A stretch of 64,000 nt of DNA from an uncultured Lachnospiraceae bacterium (GCA_951801955.1 CATOOV010000012.1:740-64739), one strand, 5' to 3'; positions 19,556 to 30,694 are shown, numbered from the stretch's first letter. Notes: a model not told the origin generated them from the sequence alone. Made by a program: numbers and translations.

Positions 19556-22168
19556 CTATTTTACCTTTACGGTAATCGTTGCTTTTGCTTTCTTATTATT
19601 TGCCGCGGTAACTGTTATCTTAGCAGTTCCTTTCTTCTTAGCAGTGACCTTACCTGTCTTGGAAACGGCTGCAATCTTAGACTTATTTGATTTATAAGTA
19701 AACTTGGAGCATACGGTTCCTTTTGGAAGCGTGACTGCTATCTGGAAGGTCTTGCCTTTCTTCAAAGTAACCGTTTTCTTATTTAAGGTAATCTTACTTG
19801 GAATACCTTTTACGGTTACTTTACAGGTTGCTTTTGCACCGCCGGGCGCTGTCGCCGTAATCGTCACAGTACCAGCTTTCTTTGCCTTTACCACGCCTTT
19901 TTTCTTATCTACGGTTGCAACTTTTATGTTGCTGCTCTTAAAGGTAATCTTGCTGGTTTCGCTGTCCACGTTTGCTTCCGCCTTCACTGTAACGCTTGTT
20001 TTCAGCCCGTCTGTTGCCTTGGTGCAGATGGTAGCAGGAGAATTGCTTACGATTGTAACTGTATCTGCCCGCAGAACCGGCGTATTTTTAATCTTGCTGT
20101 TAAGGAGTTTGTCTGCACGGGCACTCCACTTAGCAATCAGCTTATTCAAATCTTCTGTTGTCTCATTGCCTTTCAGCTTATATGTTACCAGGTTTTTCAT
20201 CTGTGTTTTGACACCGTCACTGTAGTTATTGGTCGCTGCCGCAGCATCTAATTTTGCCTTTAATTCTTGTGCCTTTTCCTCAAAACTTCTGGTATCAACC
20301 GAAATATAATCGATAGGATGATAATTGTCAACACTTGGATCTGCATTGTAAGTGTCAATCAGGGTATTGTACTCTTTGACAGTAATCGGAATCATACCGC
20401 CATGGCATCCCACATCTCCGCCTGTGCGTCCGTAACCGCTGGCAAGTTTCTTAATACTGTTTGGATCATCTAAGTCTGTAGTCGTATATGGTTCATAACG
20501 GACACTCATATCGCCGTAAAAATCAATCATGATGCACCATTCATCCCGGTCAATAAATTTGAACATGGTAGCGCCTTCATAAGCTCCTATCTTAGATTCC
20601 ATTTCCTTATTTTCAATTTTGGTAAAATGGTTTCCTACGGACTGGTCTTTAAACCAGTTATATACAATGTCTGCTGTCTTAATCTGGTTGGTATCACCAG
20701 TTAATTTTGCAAGATCCGCTTTACTGCCATAGCTGACGCCATCCAAAGTAAAGGGGGTAATTCCTTCCGCATTCGCCTTCGTAGCGTCATAAGCCGCCTG
20801 CCCTTGTTCCCCCTCATATTTCGGGTCAAGGACACTGTCAGCTTTCATCAGCTCAATATGGTTATTGGTCTCATCTTTCACAAGACGGTACAAAGTGCCA
20901 TATGGGGTTTCTTCTCCATTATCATCCATTCCTGCTACCCAAAGCTGGGAAGTATCAATATTGCCATATCCGCTGTTGCCGCCTCTTCCATTTTTGCCAT
21001 AGTTCTTATAAAATGGTTCCTGTTCATATAATTTGGTTGGTCCAAAGGTTTTAAAATCTTTGGTCTCATTGCAGTACAGACGGTCCCTCGCCGATCCATC
21101 TGCATCCACACGTGCAGACCAGTATACCAGATAATTATCTTTTACAGGATTATAAATTGCCTCTGGCGCCCATGCCATACAAGCGCCAATTTCACTGCCC
21201 ACATCAATATACCGTCTCTCCCAATGCACCCAGTCTTCGGTTTCATAGACGAAGAGGCTGGTACTTCCTACACCATAGGTTGAAGTCAATCCCCAGGTAT
21301 CCCCAGCTAGCGTATTATTTTCTTTATTCCCATGATACTGGGTGGAATGGGTATTTAAATCGGTAGCAAGAAGCCATACCTTGTTGGAATCACTTCCATC
21401 TTTCTTACAGCCCCGAATTAAATAGGGATCACGGATTCCCTGGTCGTCTCCCTCAAAGGGGAACAATACGGTAGCATCTCCTTTTGTAGTTGCCTCAACA
21501 TCTGTCCCCTCTGCTACCTTATAATTGACGCTGTTTGGTCCGCAAGATTCAATCGAGTCTGCATAATCAGAACCTGTCTTGAAAATCGGATTAAAACCAT
21601 TCAATGCCGTCCAGTTCAGCCCATCTTCACTTAAGAAGAAATGCACCTGCTGCACATCCGTATATTCATGTGCCGATGTTGCAGGATTCTTCGTATCTGC
21701 AAAACAAACATACACATACCCGGCATAGGAATCATCTGACAGCCCTGCACGAACCGTAAAGGGGAAAAATGTCTCATACGTCTGGCCATCTGCCGAAGTT
21801 ACGACTGCCTTCAGGGTAATATCCCTGTCCTCCTTGCCAGTATCTGGATCCTTATCGCCAGCTTTCGGCCTTGTAACCTTTAAAACCTTTTTGCCATCTA
21901 CTTCCTCTACTTTGGCATATTCTTCATCTTCCTTATCTAAGCTATAGGCAATGGTCGCGCCTTCCAACCCCTCTATGGTTGTGGGAAGAATCAAATCGCC
22001 AGTCAGAAGCTGATTAATATCTGATTCCCGGATATTAAAGTTTTGATCCACGATCGTCTCTAAATCTGCTGCAGCCTTTACACCCAGACTGGCAGTCGGC
22101 AAAGAACCGACTGCCATGCCTGCGGTAAGACAAGCAGCAAGTAAAATGTTCACGATTTTACGTCTCAT
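19556..22168 (-). CDS. Secreted GH43-type glycoside hydrolase (probable arabinofuranosidase) with C-terminal Big_2 Ig-like domains
   Basis: Signal peptide; SEDGLNWTALNG, GIRDPYLIR, WAPEAIY, NIDT and YEGAT; KSSNIKVATV / KKKGTAKITV repeats. Confidence 0.8.
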   Translation of the reverse strand: MRRKIVNILLAACLTAGMAVGSLPTASLGVKAAADLETIVDQNFNIRESDINQLLTGDLILPTTIEGLEGATIAYSLDKEDEEYAKVEEVDGKKVLKVTRPKAGDKDPDTGKEDRDITLKAVVTSADGQTYETFFPFTVRAGLSDDSYAGYVYVCFADTKNPATSAHEYTDVQQVHFFLSEDGLNWTALNGFNPIFKTGSDYADSIESCGPNSVNYKVAEGTDVEATTKGDATVLFPFEGDDQGIRDPYLIRGCKKDGSDSNKVWLLATDLNTHSTQYHGNKENNTLAGDTWGLTSTYGVGSTSLFVYETEDWVHWERRYIDVGSEIGACMAWAPEAIYNPVKDNYLVYWSARVDADGSARDRLYCNETKDFKTFGPTKLYEQEPFYKNYGKNGRGGNSGYGNIDTSQLWVAGMDDNGEETPYGTLYRLVKDETNNHIELMKADSVLDPKYEGEQGQAAYDATKANAEGITPFTLDGVSYGSKADLAKLTGDTNQIKTADIVYNWFKDQSVGNHFTKIENKEMESKIGAYEGATMFKFIDRDEWCIMIDFYGDMSVRYEPYTTTDLDDPNSIKKLASGYGRTGGDVGCHGGMIPITVKEYNTLIDTYNADPSVDNYHPIDYISVDTRSFEEKAQELKAKLDAAAATNNYSDGVKTQMKNLVTYKLKGNETTEDLNKLIAKWSARADKLLNSKIKNTPVLRADTVTIVSNSPATICTKATDGLKTSVTVKAEANVDSETSKITFKSSNIKVATVDKKKGVVKAKKAGTVTITATAPGGAKATCKVTVKGIPSKITLNKKTVTLKKGKTFQIAVTLPKGTVCSKFTYKSNKSKIAAVSKTGKVTAKKKGTAKITVTAANNKKAKATITVKVK

Positions 22169-22193
22169 TCACTTACCTCCTGTCTGTGATCCC

Positions 22194-25100
22194 CTATTTC
22201 TTTTTGATCGTAATGGTCTTTGTCATAGTAACCTTTCCAACTTTTGCGGTTACTTTTACTTTACCTGCTTTTTTCGCGGTAAGTTTACCCTTGGAGGAAA
22301 TCTTTGCCAACTTTGTTTTGTCAACTTTCCATGTTACTTTGCCAGAAAGCCCTTTTACCTTTAAGGTAATGGATTTCTTTACTTTTACAGAACTAGCGCC
22401 TGTGATTTCTCCGACTTTGACCGTAAGTGTCTTTGTAATATTCTTTCCTGCCATGGCAACCTTTACATAAACTTTTCCAGTTCCTGCCTTTTTCGCAGTG
22501 ATCTTTCCTGTCTTTGAAACGGAGACAGCGCCAGTTGCACGGTAAGTTACGGTTGCTTTTACGCCTTTGCTCTTTGCTGTTTTGGACGCGCCCTTATAAG
22601 TAACCTTCACTGTAGTGGTCTTGCCTTTTGCCAGGCTGGTTGCGCTTGCTTTTGCAGTTACTCCATTCTTACTGCTCTTTAAGTCAAGATCCACTTTTAC
22701 AACTGTCTGGTATTCCATTGCAAAACTATCATATTTTGCAGTTACGGTTGTTGTAATGACTGCATACCCTACCTTTGATTTTGCAGTTACTTTACCAGTA
22801 TTCGGATCTACCGTTGCAATGGAAGTCTTATTGGATCTATATGTCACGGTAACCATATCCTTGATCGATGCCGGAATGCCTGCGTTTAATACGCTTGCAG
22901 TTGCCTTAGGAGCCACCGTCAGGTTTGCTTTCACCAATTTAGAATCGTCAATTGCCGTAAACGGATCTTTGTACAGGTCGCTGTAATCCAACTTGTTTAC
23001 AAAATTATTAATATCCCTGACTAAACTGTCAACCTCTGACTGCTTGGAAATAGTATTTCCTTTATCAATAAGCTTCTGGAGTTCATCTTTGGAACTCTGC
23101 GCATAATTAGGATCTGCCATTTTTACATTTGCATTGTTGATAGCCTCTTGCAGCTTGGTTTTATCCACTGGCTTAACAGTTACTTCCAATTCCACAGATG
23201 CTGTCAAAGCGCCAGAAGTAGCCGTTGCTTTTAATTTTACGTTCTGGTCAGTTGTGCCGCTTGTTACCACGCCCTTATCTGTGATGACGTCTTTTGAGAG
23301 AGATTCCCATTTCAAATCAACCTCATTAAAGGTAGATGGCAGGGACAGGTTATATCTTACTTCTGCAGCAGATGCGTTCTTTCCAAGAATATCCGTTACT
23401 TTTAAACCATCTTCCAGTTCTTTCTCAAATTCCTCCTGATAAGCTGGGTCAGAAGTCTGGACTTCCTCATCTGTCATAGCCTTGTTGTAAACGGTAAACC
23501 GGGAAATTTTCCCCTTATAATTTTTATCAGCAGACCAGCAGGATTTTCCAATAAACCCAAGAATGCCATCCTGGGTACCAGGGGTAATGACGTCGTCCAT
23601 AATGCTGTAATCGGACTTTAATTCATTTCCTTCGTCTCCCTTGATCATCTTGCCATTTACATAAAGTTTTACGGTACCCTTGTTAAATACCATATTTACG
23701 GTATACCACTGGTCCACTGCCGGCTGCATGGAAGTTCCAAACACTTTCTCAACACTGCTGTTTTTAATGCCTGCCCTGAATATCTTACTATCAAAATTCG
23801 GGGAGAGGAACATATAATTGGTTCCTGTCTTTTGCGGTTTGGAACCAAAGCAGTATAACCATGCATTGTTACCACAGTCAGCGCTCTTTGCAAATCTCGC
23901 CTCAATGGTAAACTGTTCTTTGTCTGTCAAATCATCCATAATGCTCATAGGAAGCTCTACATAACCGTCGTTCTCTCCTCCTATGAAAGTCATATAATCT
24001 TCATCATCTGCAACTTCTGTAAATTCAACGCAATCCAGATCCTGGATGGCTGCATCATTTCCATGATTAGAAATATCCACCAGTTTGCCGTCTACGGCGC
24101 CTGAAAAATCATAATCTGCTGCAACTTCCTGGTCAATACTTGCCGGGTCTATTACATCTATGCTTACCTTTTTTTCCAATGTGGTTTCACCAACTGTAAC
24201 GCTTACCGTAACAGTGGTAGCGCCTTCTGCCACGCCTGTTACCGTACCTGTTTGGCTGACTGTCGCAAAACTTGTGTTATTTGATGTAAATGTAACCGTT
24301 GCACTTTCCTGCTTTACGCCAGCCGGAAGTTTTACAACAATATCTTTCGGTTCTTTTCCAGCAACAAGGTTTAATTTGCTAGGATGCACCTCAAAGCTCT
24401 TTTTCTTGAAAATATCTTCCTCGGAAGAACTGTCAAACAATTTTGATACTTCGTAATCTGTTAAAGTCTCATTGTATACATTAACGTCGTCTACCCAGCC
24501 GTCAAACAGCCCGTCTGGAGTCCAATAAGTTGCTCCCAAAAGGATTTTCTGGTTTTCTCCATCCAGCATTTTCCCAACGTCAGCTACCGTATTCAACAAT
24601 TCTCCATCCTGGTAGATTTTTAAGGTAGTGCCATCCTGTGCCAATGTCAACATCGTCCATTCATCTTTCACCATCTTTGGTTCTACCCCAAAATCCCTGT
24701 TATTTGCATAACCCATTGTAGCAGAAGCAGACCACAACTTCGCTTTTCCTTCTACATTTTTTCCTGCAAAGCCAAGCCATTCTTGTGGATCAGGACCACT
24801 GCCTAAAAGGAAGATTGCATGATTACCCGCAATTTTCAACTGGTTTGATTTTACCCATACAGATACCGTATAATTTGGACCGATATTTCCTGGCAGCCTC
24901 AAGGCGTAAGTTCCAAGCTTTACAGACTTATCGGCAGCATCCCCTGTCCTTCCTGCTTCAAAAACAGGTGTTGGAACAGCCCCTGCTTCAAACTCTGCAT
25001 TTGCTGCATTAATAATTGCTACATCTTCTGGCAATTGTTCATTATTAAAATCAAGCGTTTTTACTGGCGTCAGTTTATCAAGACCTTCTTCTCTTACTTT

Positions 25101-26123
25101 TACGGAAGTTGTCGCTGTCTTTGTAACATTTCCTACTTTAATGCTTGTGGTAATCTCTACTGTGCCCGCTGCTGCTGCTGTAACCTCTCCTGCCTCACTG
25201 ATGGTTACAACACCCTCTTTGTTTGCTGTAAAGGTTTTCTCTGCCACATCGCTTTCTGCAACTCCATATGGAAGATTTACCTCAATCGCTTTTTTCTCTC
25301 CCTTCATCATATAAAAAGAATCTGTTGCGATAAATCCTTTCTTATCAAATATGGTTTCTGGAGTATCTTCTGTGGAAATTCCTTCATAAAGGGCTTTGAC
25401 CTGTTCAGGCGTCAATGCCTGGTTGTACAGGTTTACATCATCATAGTAGCCTTTTACTATGTTATCCCAATTATTTAAGCCAAGGGCAATGTATTGACCT
25501 GCATCTACCATGCCTTGAGGAATGTCCTTACCATCTATTTTTATATCAGTTCCGTTTACAAAAACCTTTGCGTTTGTTCCTTCCTGGACAAGCGTTATCA
25601 TATTCCACTCATTGAGTGTTATTTTTGTGTTCCCTTTGTTAGTATTGCCAGCGCTAATCCAACACATCATGTTATCACTGCTGTCAACTCCTGCAACGGC
25701 TATCCACTTTGCTGGGTCATGGCTGCCAACGAACACTACGGATGAAGCAAAATCCACTCCTGCTGTCGGCTTTACCCACAAGGATACGGTATAATTTTCC
25801 CCAAGCGGTCCATCTGGAAGTTTTAATCCATAATCACCTGTCTGGATAGAAAAATCACTTGGGTCTGTATCGCTGTTTCTGCCTGGGCCATATTTGGCGC
25901 CCCCGCTATACGCTGCAAATTTTTTTCCATACATTTCCACATTTTCTTTTAATGTGCCTTCTGTCGGTGAAACTGTACCTTCTGCTGCATTAAAATCATA
26001 GGTTGCTACTGGTGTGGGCATTGCTTCACCTGCTGCTTTTGCAGTGGTTACATTTCCGGTAAACACGGAAGTAACTACCATGGCGCATGCCAGTAGCCCA
26101 CTCACTATTTTTTTATACTTCAT
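22194..26123 (-). CDS. Large secreted protein with three LamG/concanavalin-like domains, Ig-like (Big_2) domains and a FIVAR-like helix; no catalytic domain recognised
   Basis: Three repeats of the type YTVSLWVK...W..ITL...GYYDDVNLYNQALT; Big_2 motifs; VDKTKLQEAINNA; Lys-rich C-terminus. Confidence 0.75.
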   Translation of the reverse strand: MKYKKIVSGLLACAMVVTSVFTGNVTTAKAAGEAMPTPVATYDFNAAEGTVSPTEGTLKENVEMYGKKFAAYSGGAKYGPGRNSDTDPSDFSIQTGDYGLKLPDGPLGENYTVSLWVKPTAGVDFASSVVFVGSHDPAKWIAVAGVDSSDNMMCWISAGNTNKGNTKITLNEWNMITLVQEGTNAKVFVNGTDIKIDGKDIPQGMVDAGQYIALGLNNWDNIVKGYYDDVNLYNQALTPEQVKALYEGISTEDTPETIFDKKGFIATDSFYMMKGEKKAIEVNLPYGVAESDVAEKTFTANKEGVVTISEAGEVTAAAAGTVEITTSIKVGNVTKTATTSVKVREEGLDKLTPVKTLDFNNEQLPEDVAIINAANAEFEAGAVPTPVFEAGRTGDAADKSVKLGTYALRLPGNIGPNYTVSVWVKSNQLKIAGNHAIFLLGSGPDPQEWLGFAGKNVEGKAKLWSASATMGYANNRDFGVEPKMVKDEWTMLTLAQDGTTLKIYQDGELLNTVADVGKMLDGENQKILLGATYWTPDGLFDGWVDDVNVYNETLTDYEVSKLFDSSSEEDIFKKKSFEVHPSKLNLVAGKEPKDIVVKLPAGVKQESATVTFTSNNTSFATVSQTGTVTGVAEGATTVTVSVTVGETTLEKKVSIDVIDPASIDQEVAADYDFSGAVDGKLVDISNHGNDAAIQDLDCVEFTEVADDEDYMTFIGGENDGYVELPMSIMDDLTDKEQFTIEARFAKSADCGNNAWLYCFGSKPQKTGTNYMFLSPNFDSKIFRAGIKNSSVEKVFGTSMQPAVDQWYTVNMVFNKGTVKLYVNGKMIKGDEGNELKSDYSIMDDVITPGTQDGILGFIGKSCWSADKNYKGKISRFTVYNKAMTDEEVQTSDPAYQEEFEKELEDGLKVTDILGKNASAAEVRYNLSLPSTFNEVDLKWESLSKDVITDKGVVTSGTTDQNVKLKATATSGALTASVELEVTVKPVDKTKLQEAINNANVKMADPNYAQSSKDELQKLIDKGNTISKQSEVDSLVRDINNFVNKLDYSDLYKDPFTAIDDSKLVKANLTVAPKATASVLNAGIPASIKDMVTVTYRSNKTSIATVDPNTGKVTAKSKVGYAVITTTVTAKYDSFAMEYQTVVKVDLDLKSSKNGVTAKASATSLAKGKTTTVKVTYKGASKTAKSKGVKATVTYRATGAVSVSKTGKITAKKAGTGKVYVKVAMAGKNITKTLTVKVGEITGASSVKVKKSITLKVKGLSGKVTWKVDKTKLAKISSKGKLTAKKAGKVKVTAKVGKVTMTKTITIKKK

Positions 26124-26150
26124 TTCTCTTTCTCCCTTCCCTTAGAGATT

Positions 26151-28487
26151 TTAGATTTTCTTAATCTTCATGGTCTTCTTGTAACCAGTCTTGCTGGTCA
26201 ACAATTTCTTCACTGCCTTATATCTTGCGGAAGGAACTTTTATTGTTGCCTTCTTGTTGATACCTGCAATGGCATTCTTACCAATCTTGCTGATATTGCT
26301 TCCGATGGTAATGGTCTTTATCTTGGACTTCTTGTAGAATGCTTTGTCTGCAATGGCAGTTACCTTAAAGGTATAACCATTAATGCTTACCGTGGCTGGT
26401 ATGGTAGCGGAAGTCAATTTCGCACTCTTAATTCCAGTGACAGAAACCGTACCATTCGTTCCGTCGGCATTGTAGCCGTCCACTTTGGTAACCTTGTATT
26501 TCAGATTCTTAACCGTATAACTGCTGTTCTTCTTTGGAAGAGGCTTTGCCGGGTCAATATCTGTTTGTATTGTCCCTACCTTGCTGCGGACTGTAATCGG
26601 AATCTCACATTCCGTCACCACGCCTTTTTCCTTATAAGATATTTTCAGGCTTTTCGTTCCTGCTTTTTTTGTATCAATAGAAGCTGCATTGGTGGTAAAA
26701 TCCCTGGTAAGGGTCCTTGTAGTCCCATTATCATATTTTACCTTGATACGGATATCGTTGTCATCAACCTTTGCACCTATTTCATAAGCCCTGGTCGTCT
26801 TCTGTGCGGAAACAGAAGCCACCTTGGCATCTGGTGAAACTTCAAAGGTACACTCTGATGCTTCCGGCTCCTTGCTTACGCTCAGCTTTCCATCTTTGGA
26901 AACCAGGTAATATCCAGGATAAGCAACACTCTCAAAGGTCACTCCCCGTCCTGCAAACCCTTCCAGCGTGCGGAAGGTCATATTCTTAGAATCCTTAGTG
27001 ATTCCAGCCGCGGTACATGCTTTATCATCATTGTGGTCGTGTGCCAGCACTACATTTTGGGAACTATCCACCGTCAGATACATTCCTGGCTTATTGTAAG
27101 ACTCAATGGTTACATAGGCCTCATTGCTCTTATCCGCTTTTCCTTCTTCAATTTCCCAAAGCGCATCTGCTTTCTCTGCCTCGCTGTTAGGTGTAACTGC
27201 TATATTTGTATATGGATACATCGTACTGTTGAAAGTATTATTAAATTGTGTGTGTGCCAACGGTTTGTCGCTGCTGTCATAGATCTGGCTTGCCACCCCA
27301 GTCAGCCCCGTAGACGTTTCCTGCACATATTTTATGGAACCATCCTCATTGAACTCTAATTCTTCAATACAAATTACCCGGCGGTATCCGCTTCCTCCTG
27401 GAAGGGAGCCGTTATGGTAAATGAAATATGTATGCCCTTTAAAATCAAAGACTGCCGGATGGTTGGTATTGGAGGTTCCGGTCGGCTCCATCACCTGTCC
27501 GCCGTAAGTCCATGTATTGTATGGCTTATCAGCAGTCGGATGTCCCAGCTTATCAATGGTCGCATATCCCATTTCCTCCCGCCAATGCATTGCAAAGAAC
27601 ATATAGTATGGTCCATAATAATTGCCGTTCTCATCCTGCCTGCGGTACAAATAGGGAGCCTCCGTATAGTCTACCATATCATTTTTATTGGTAGTATCTG
27701 CTGCAATCAGCTCTATGGCGCCGGCATCCTGCCACCAGATATCGTCTTCCTGCTTGATCTTTCCGTCGCCGTTCTGGTCTTTTACAGAAACTTTTTCTCC
27801 GTCAATATCCAGCTCGCACATCCAGCAGTTGGTATTGCCCCATGCCATATAGATATGCTCTTTCCCGTTCTCATCAGTGTCAATCCATGCGGTGGGGTCG
27901 ATGTCTTCATGACCAAAGGATTTTGCCCTCTTCTTGCCAGAAGCGCTGGTATATTTGGAAGCATCCGTATCTTCTGGATTGATCAGGATTCCCACATCCT
28001 TGAAAGGACCTGTGGGGCTGTCAGATACCGCTGCTGCCGTTGCCTTGCCTTTCCCGCCTGCTTTCTCCGCACAATAAAGGAGGTAATACATATCATCATA
28101 CTTAATGACCTGGCTCGCCCATGCGCTGACATTATCTGCCCATGCCACATCTGTCATTTTCATAGTAACCCCTTCATATGTCCACTCTTTTAAATCCTTG
28201 GTGGAATAGCAGAGATAATCTGGCATGGTATAACCACCGCCGCTTCCAGTGTAATCATGGCCTACATAGAGATATACCGTATCTCCGTCTACCAAAATTG
28301 CGGGGTCACCGGCATAGGTAACTTCTCCTTTTTCATTAAATCCCGCAATGGGATTGCCCTGCGTACTTTTGTCAAGTACAATTTCTTTGGGTTCTGCTTG
28401 TGCAGCAGATACTGTCTGTGGCATAGGCGCGGCAAGTCCCAAGATCATGGAAAACGCCAAAATGCCAGACAGGAATTTCTTTTTCAT
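26151..28487 (-). CDS. Secreted GH43 glycoside hydrolase with an AbfB/CBM42-like module, an Ig-like domain and an LRR_5-type C-terminal domain
   Basis: Motifs AGDPAILV, AWASQV, DIDPTAW, YTEAPYL and TNHPA; ESYNKPGMYL and FESVAYPGYYL are AbfB-like repeats. Confidence 0.85.
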   Translation of the reverse strand: MKKKFLSGILAFSMILGLAAPMPQTVSAAQAEPKEIVLDKSTQGNPIAGFNEKGEVTYAGDPAILVDGDTVYLYVGHDYTGSGGGYTMPDYLCYSTKDLKEWTYEGVTMKMTDVAWADNVSAWASQVIKYDDMYYLLYCAEKAGGKGKATAAAVSDSPTGPFKDVGILINPEDTDASKYTSASGKKRAKSFGHEDIDPTAWIDTDENGKEHIYMAWGNTNCWMCELDIDGEKVSVKDQNGDGKIKQEDDIWWQDAGAIELIAADTTNKNDMVDYTEAPYLYRRQDENGNYYGPYYMFFAMHWREEMGYATIDKLGHPTADKPYNTWTYGGQVMEPTGTSNTNHPAVFDFKGHTYFIYHNGSLPGGSGYRRVICIEELEFNEDGSIKYVQETSTGLTGVASQIYDSSDKPLAHTQFNNTFNSTMYPYTNIAVTPNSEAEKADALWEIEEGKADKSNEAYVTIESYNKPGMYLTVDSSQNVVLAHDHNDDKACTAAGITKDSKNMTFRTLEGFAGRGVTFESVAYPGYYLVSKDGKLSVSKEPEASECTFEVSPDAKVASVSAQKTTRAYEIGAKVDDNDIRIKVKYDNGTTRTLTRDFTTNAASIDTKKAGTKSLKISYKEKGVVTECEIPITVRSKVGTIQTDIDPAKPLPKKNSSYTVKNLKYKVTKVDGYNADGTNGTVSVTGIKSAKLTSATIPATVSINGYTFKVTAIADKAFYKKSKIKTITIGSNISKIGKNAIAGINKKATIKVPSARYKAVKKLLTSKTGYKKTMKIKKI

Positions 28488-28983
28488 ATGCTTGCATCCC
28501 TTTCCTTTTTAGGTGTCATGCACCCTTTTTACAGTGTATGTTTCTCTGAGATTCCATGCCTATGAAACCAAATTTCCCTTCTTTTATAAGCTGGTCCCCC
28601 AGTCCTCAGGTAACCTCCTCACTCCTTTCCCCTGAGATGAAGCAGGATACACGATTACATCCTGCATAAAAACATACATTGCGACTGTAATACTATTATC
28701 GCACGTTACAGTTAAAAATCAATATAATATATTCTTCTTTTGGTTAGTTTTTTTATGATTACCAATTTCCATCCCCTCTTTTTTGTGCAATTTTCCATAT
28801 AAACAGTTTTATTTTTTATGATTTCAGTTTGTTTTTTCTGTTTTATTAGTTTTTTTCGATGATTTTTTCCATTACATGCTTCACTTTAAGCTCAACTTTC
28901 ATTTCAAGATTCACTTCTAACTTCTACTAGAAATCAAAGGCACCTTTTGCAGACAGGGCGCCTATCCCCAGTTCTGCCCATAA

Positions 28984-29133
28984 ACAAAAATGCGTTTCAC
29001 GCGCCTTCGTGACCAATTATTTTCGCCAACGCATCTTTTGTTCCGCGCCGAGCGTAATTGTGTAAAAATATTTTTCCTTTTGTGCTCGTGCACATATTTT
29101 TTCTTTTTAATTTTGAATTCAGAGGAATTTCCT
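28984..29133 (+). repeat. Diverged copy of repeat family A
   Basis: ACAAAAATGCGTTTCACGC...ACGCATCTTTTGTTCCGCGCCG...TGTGCTCGTGCACATATTT...GAATTTCCTA matches 10655-10804. Confidence 0.85.
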
Positions 29134-29248
29134 AATATAAAAAAGCGATATGGTACTTTGCAGCATCCGCAATGTCCCGCACCTGTTATCTGGCAGAATC
29201 GTTTTTTGTTTCCATGTCGCCTCATCTGCAATATAAAATTTCTTAAAG

Positions 29249-30694
29249 TTATAGAATCTTATCTCCTCCTTTTCCAATTCCTTGCATCATTACTGTTAAT
29301 ATAAATTCCTGATTTAATACTTCAACCTCCAAGGCGCCACAATATTTTTCAGCCACTTTTTGTATATTTTTCAAACCCATTCCATGCTGGACGGCTTCTG
29401 CTTTTGTAGATACCGGCAGCCCTGTCCCTTGTTCAAACTCCAAGACACTGCAAAAAGAATTGACGATTTCGATCAGGAAGGTCTGTTTCCTTAACACAGA
29501 GGATACCTTAATATACCCTTCTTCCGTCGTTTTAGCCGCTTCCAAGGCATTTTCCAGGGCATTATTTAAAATAATACTGATATCAAACACATCTATATCG
29601 CTCAGAATCGGAAAATTAAATGTAGATTCAAACCAAATACCGTTCTTTACCGCACGTTTATATTTTCCTTGAATAATCACATCTGTCACTGGATTTCCAG
29701 TTTTATAAACATAGTCTAAAGATTCTGTGACATGGTTCATGGATTTCAGATAGTCTTTCGCTTCCCCAATCTGCTGCCGCGCAATCAATTCCTCTACAAC
29801 TGTAATATGATTTTTGATATCATGTTTCATCCCCTGGATACCGCTGTAAAGCTGTTCCATATCCTTGATATGATTCTGCATTTCTTGCAGTTGATGCTGA
29901 AGGACTGCCTGTTTGGTCTCTTCTTCCCGTTTTTGTTCCAAATCCGCAAAAAGGTTCAGCACTACCATAGTCGACAGGATTACCAGCAAATTCATACATA
30001 GGATCATAAAACCAAAATAAGGATATTCTCCAAAAATATCCTTGCCCTCAATCATATTATACTTATTAATGATCCAGCGGATGAAAAAATAACTTGCAGC
30101 CCCAGACAGTCCAGGAACCAGCAGGAACGCCTTTTCCTTTTCTGACAAATTGCGGTTCCTCCATGGGAATTTTCCCATGATCCATTTTGCCAGCAGGGCA
30201 AATATCATGCCGTTGAAACATAAACCTGCCAGCATATAGACTCCAATATGCACCATATTCCATTTCCAGCTCATGCCATATCTTCCTCTGCTGACCTGAT
30301 TAAAAAACTTAGTCTCAGCGTCAAATAATACAAGATGGGTATAATTTACAAAGGATCTCGCTTGCCAGCTCAGGGAAAAAAAAGTAACTGACAAAAACAC
30401 TTTCTGATAAATAACCCCTCTCCATATAACCGCCATAACCAAAAAAGCTGCAAGGCACGCCCATAAACGTGCTTGAAAGGAACTAAATTCAACGGGAATC
30501 AATTGAAAAATGATCATAGAAATAAAGTAAGAAAGGGGAACCAGCCAGAATCCCCTGTTGGATTTTCCTTTAGCGTTCTGTTTTTCAAAAAACGCACTGC
30601 ACAACCAAAATAGAAAAAAAGTTTCCAAGAGAGTTTCCATGCCCATTTCAAAATTAATAATAAATTCATACAAAAAATCAGCAAAAGGTATCAT
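29249..30694 (-). CDS. Multi-TM GHKL sensor histidine kinase (AgrC/VirS-like)
   Basis: Several TM helices; HDIKNH, ILNNALENALEA and HGMGLKNI. Confidence 0.9.
   Translation of the reverse strand: MIPFADFLYEFIINFEMGMETLLETFFLFWLCSAFFEKQNAKGKSNRGFWLVPLSYFISMIIFQLIPVEFSSFQARLWACLAAFLVMAVIWRGVIYQKVFLSVTFFSLSWQARSFVNYTHLVLFDAETKFFNQVSRGRYGMSWKWNMVHIGVYMLAGLCFNGMIFALLAKWIMGKFPWRNRNLSEKEKAFLLVPGLSGAASYFFIRWIINKYNMIEGKDIFGEYPYFGFMILCMNLLVILSTMVVLNLFADLEQKREEETKQAVLQHQLQEMQNHIKDMEQLYSGIQGMKHDIKNHITVVEELIARQQIGEAKDYLKSMNHVTESLDYVYKTGNPVTDVIIQGKYKRAVKNGIWFESTFNFPILSDIDVFDISIILNNALENALEAAKTTEEGYIKVSSVLRKQTFLIEIVNSFCSVLEFEQGTGLPVSTKAEAVQHGMGLKNIQKVAEKYCGALEVEVLNQEFILTVMMQGIGKGGDKIL

Noticed and set aside
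28962-29304. Small ORFs of 89 and 104 aa
   Set aside because: They coincide with a non-coding family A repeat and have no recognisable protein features.
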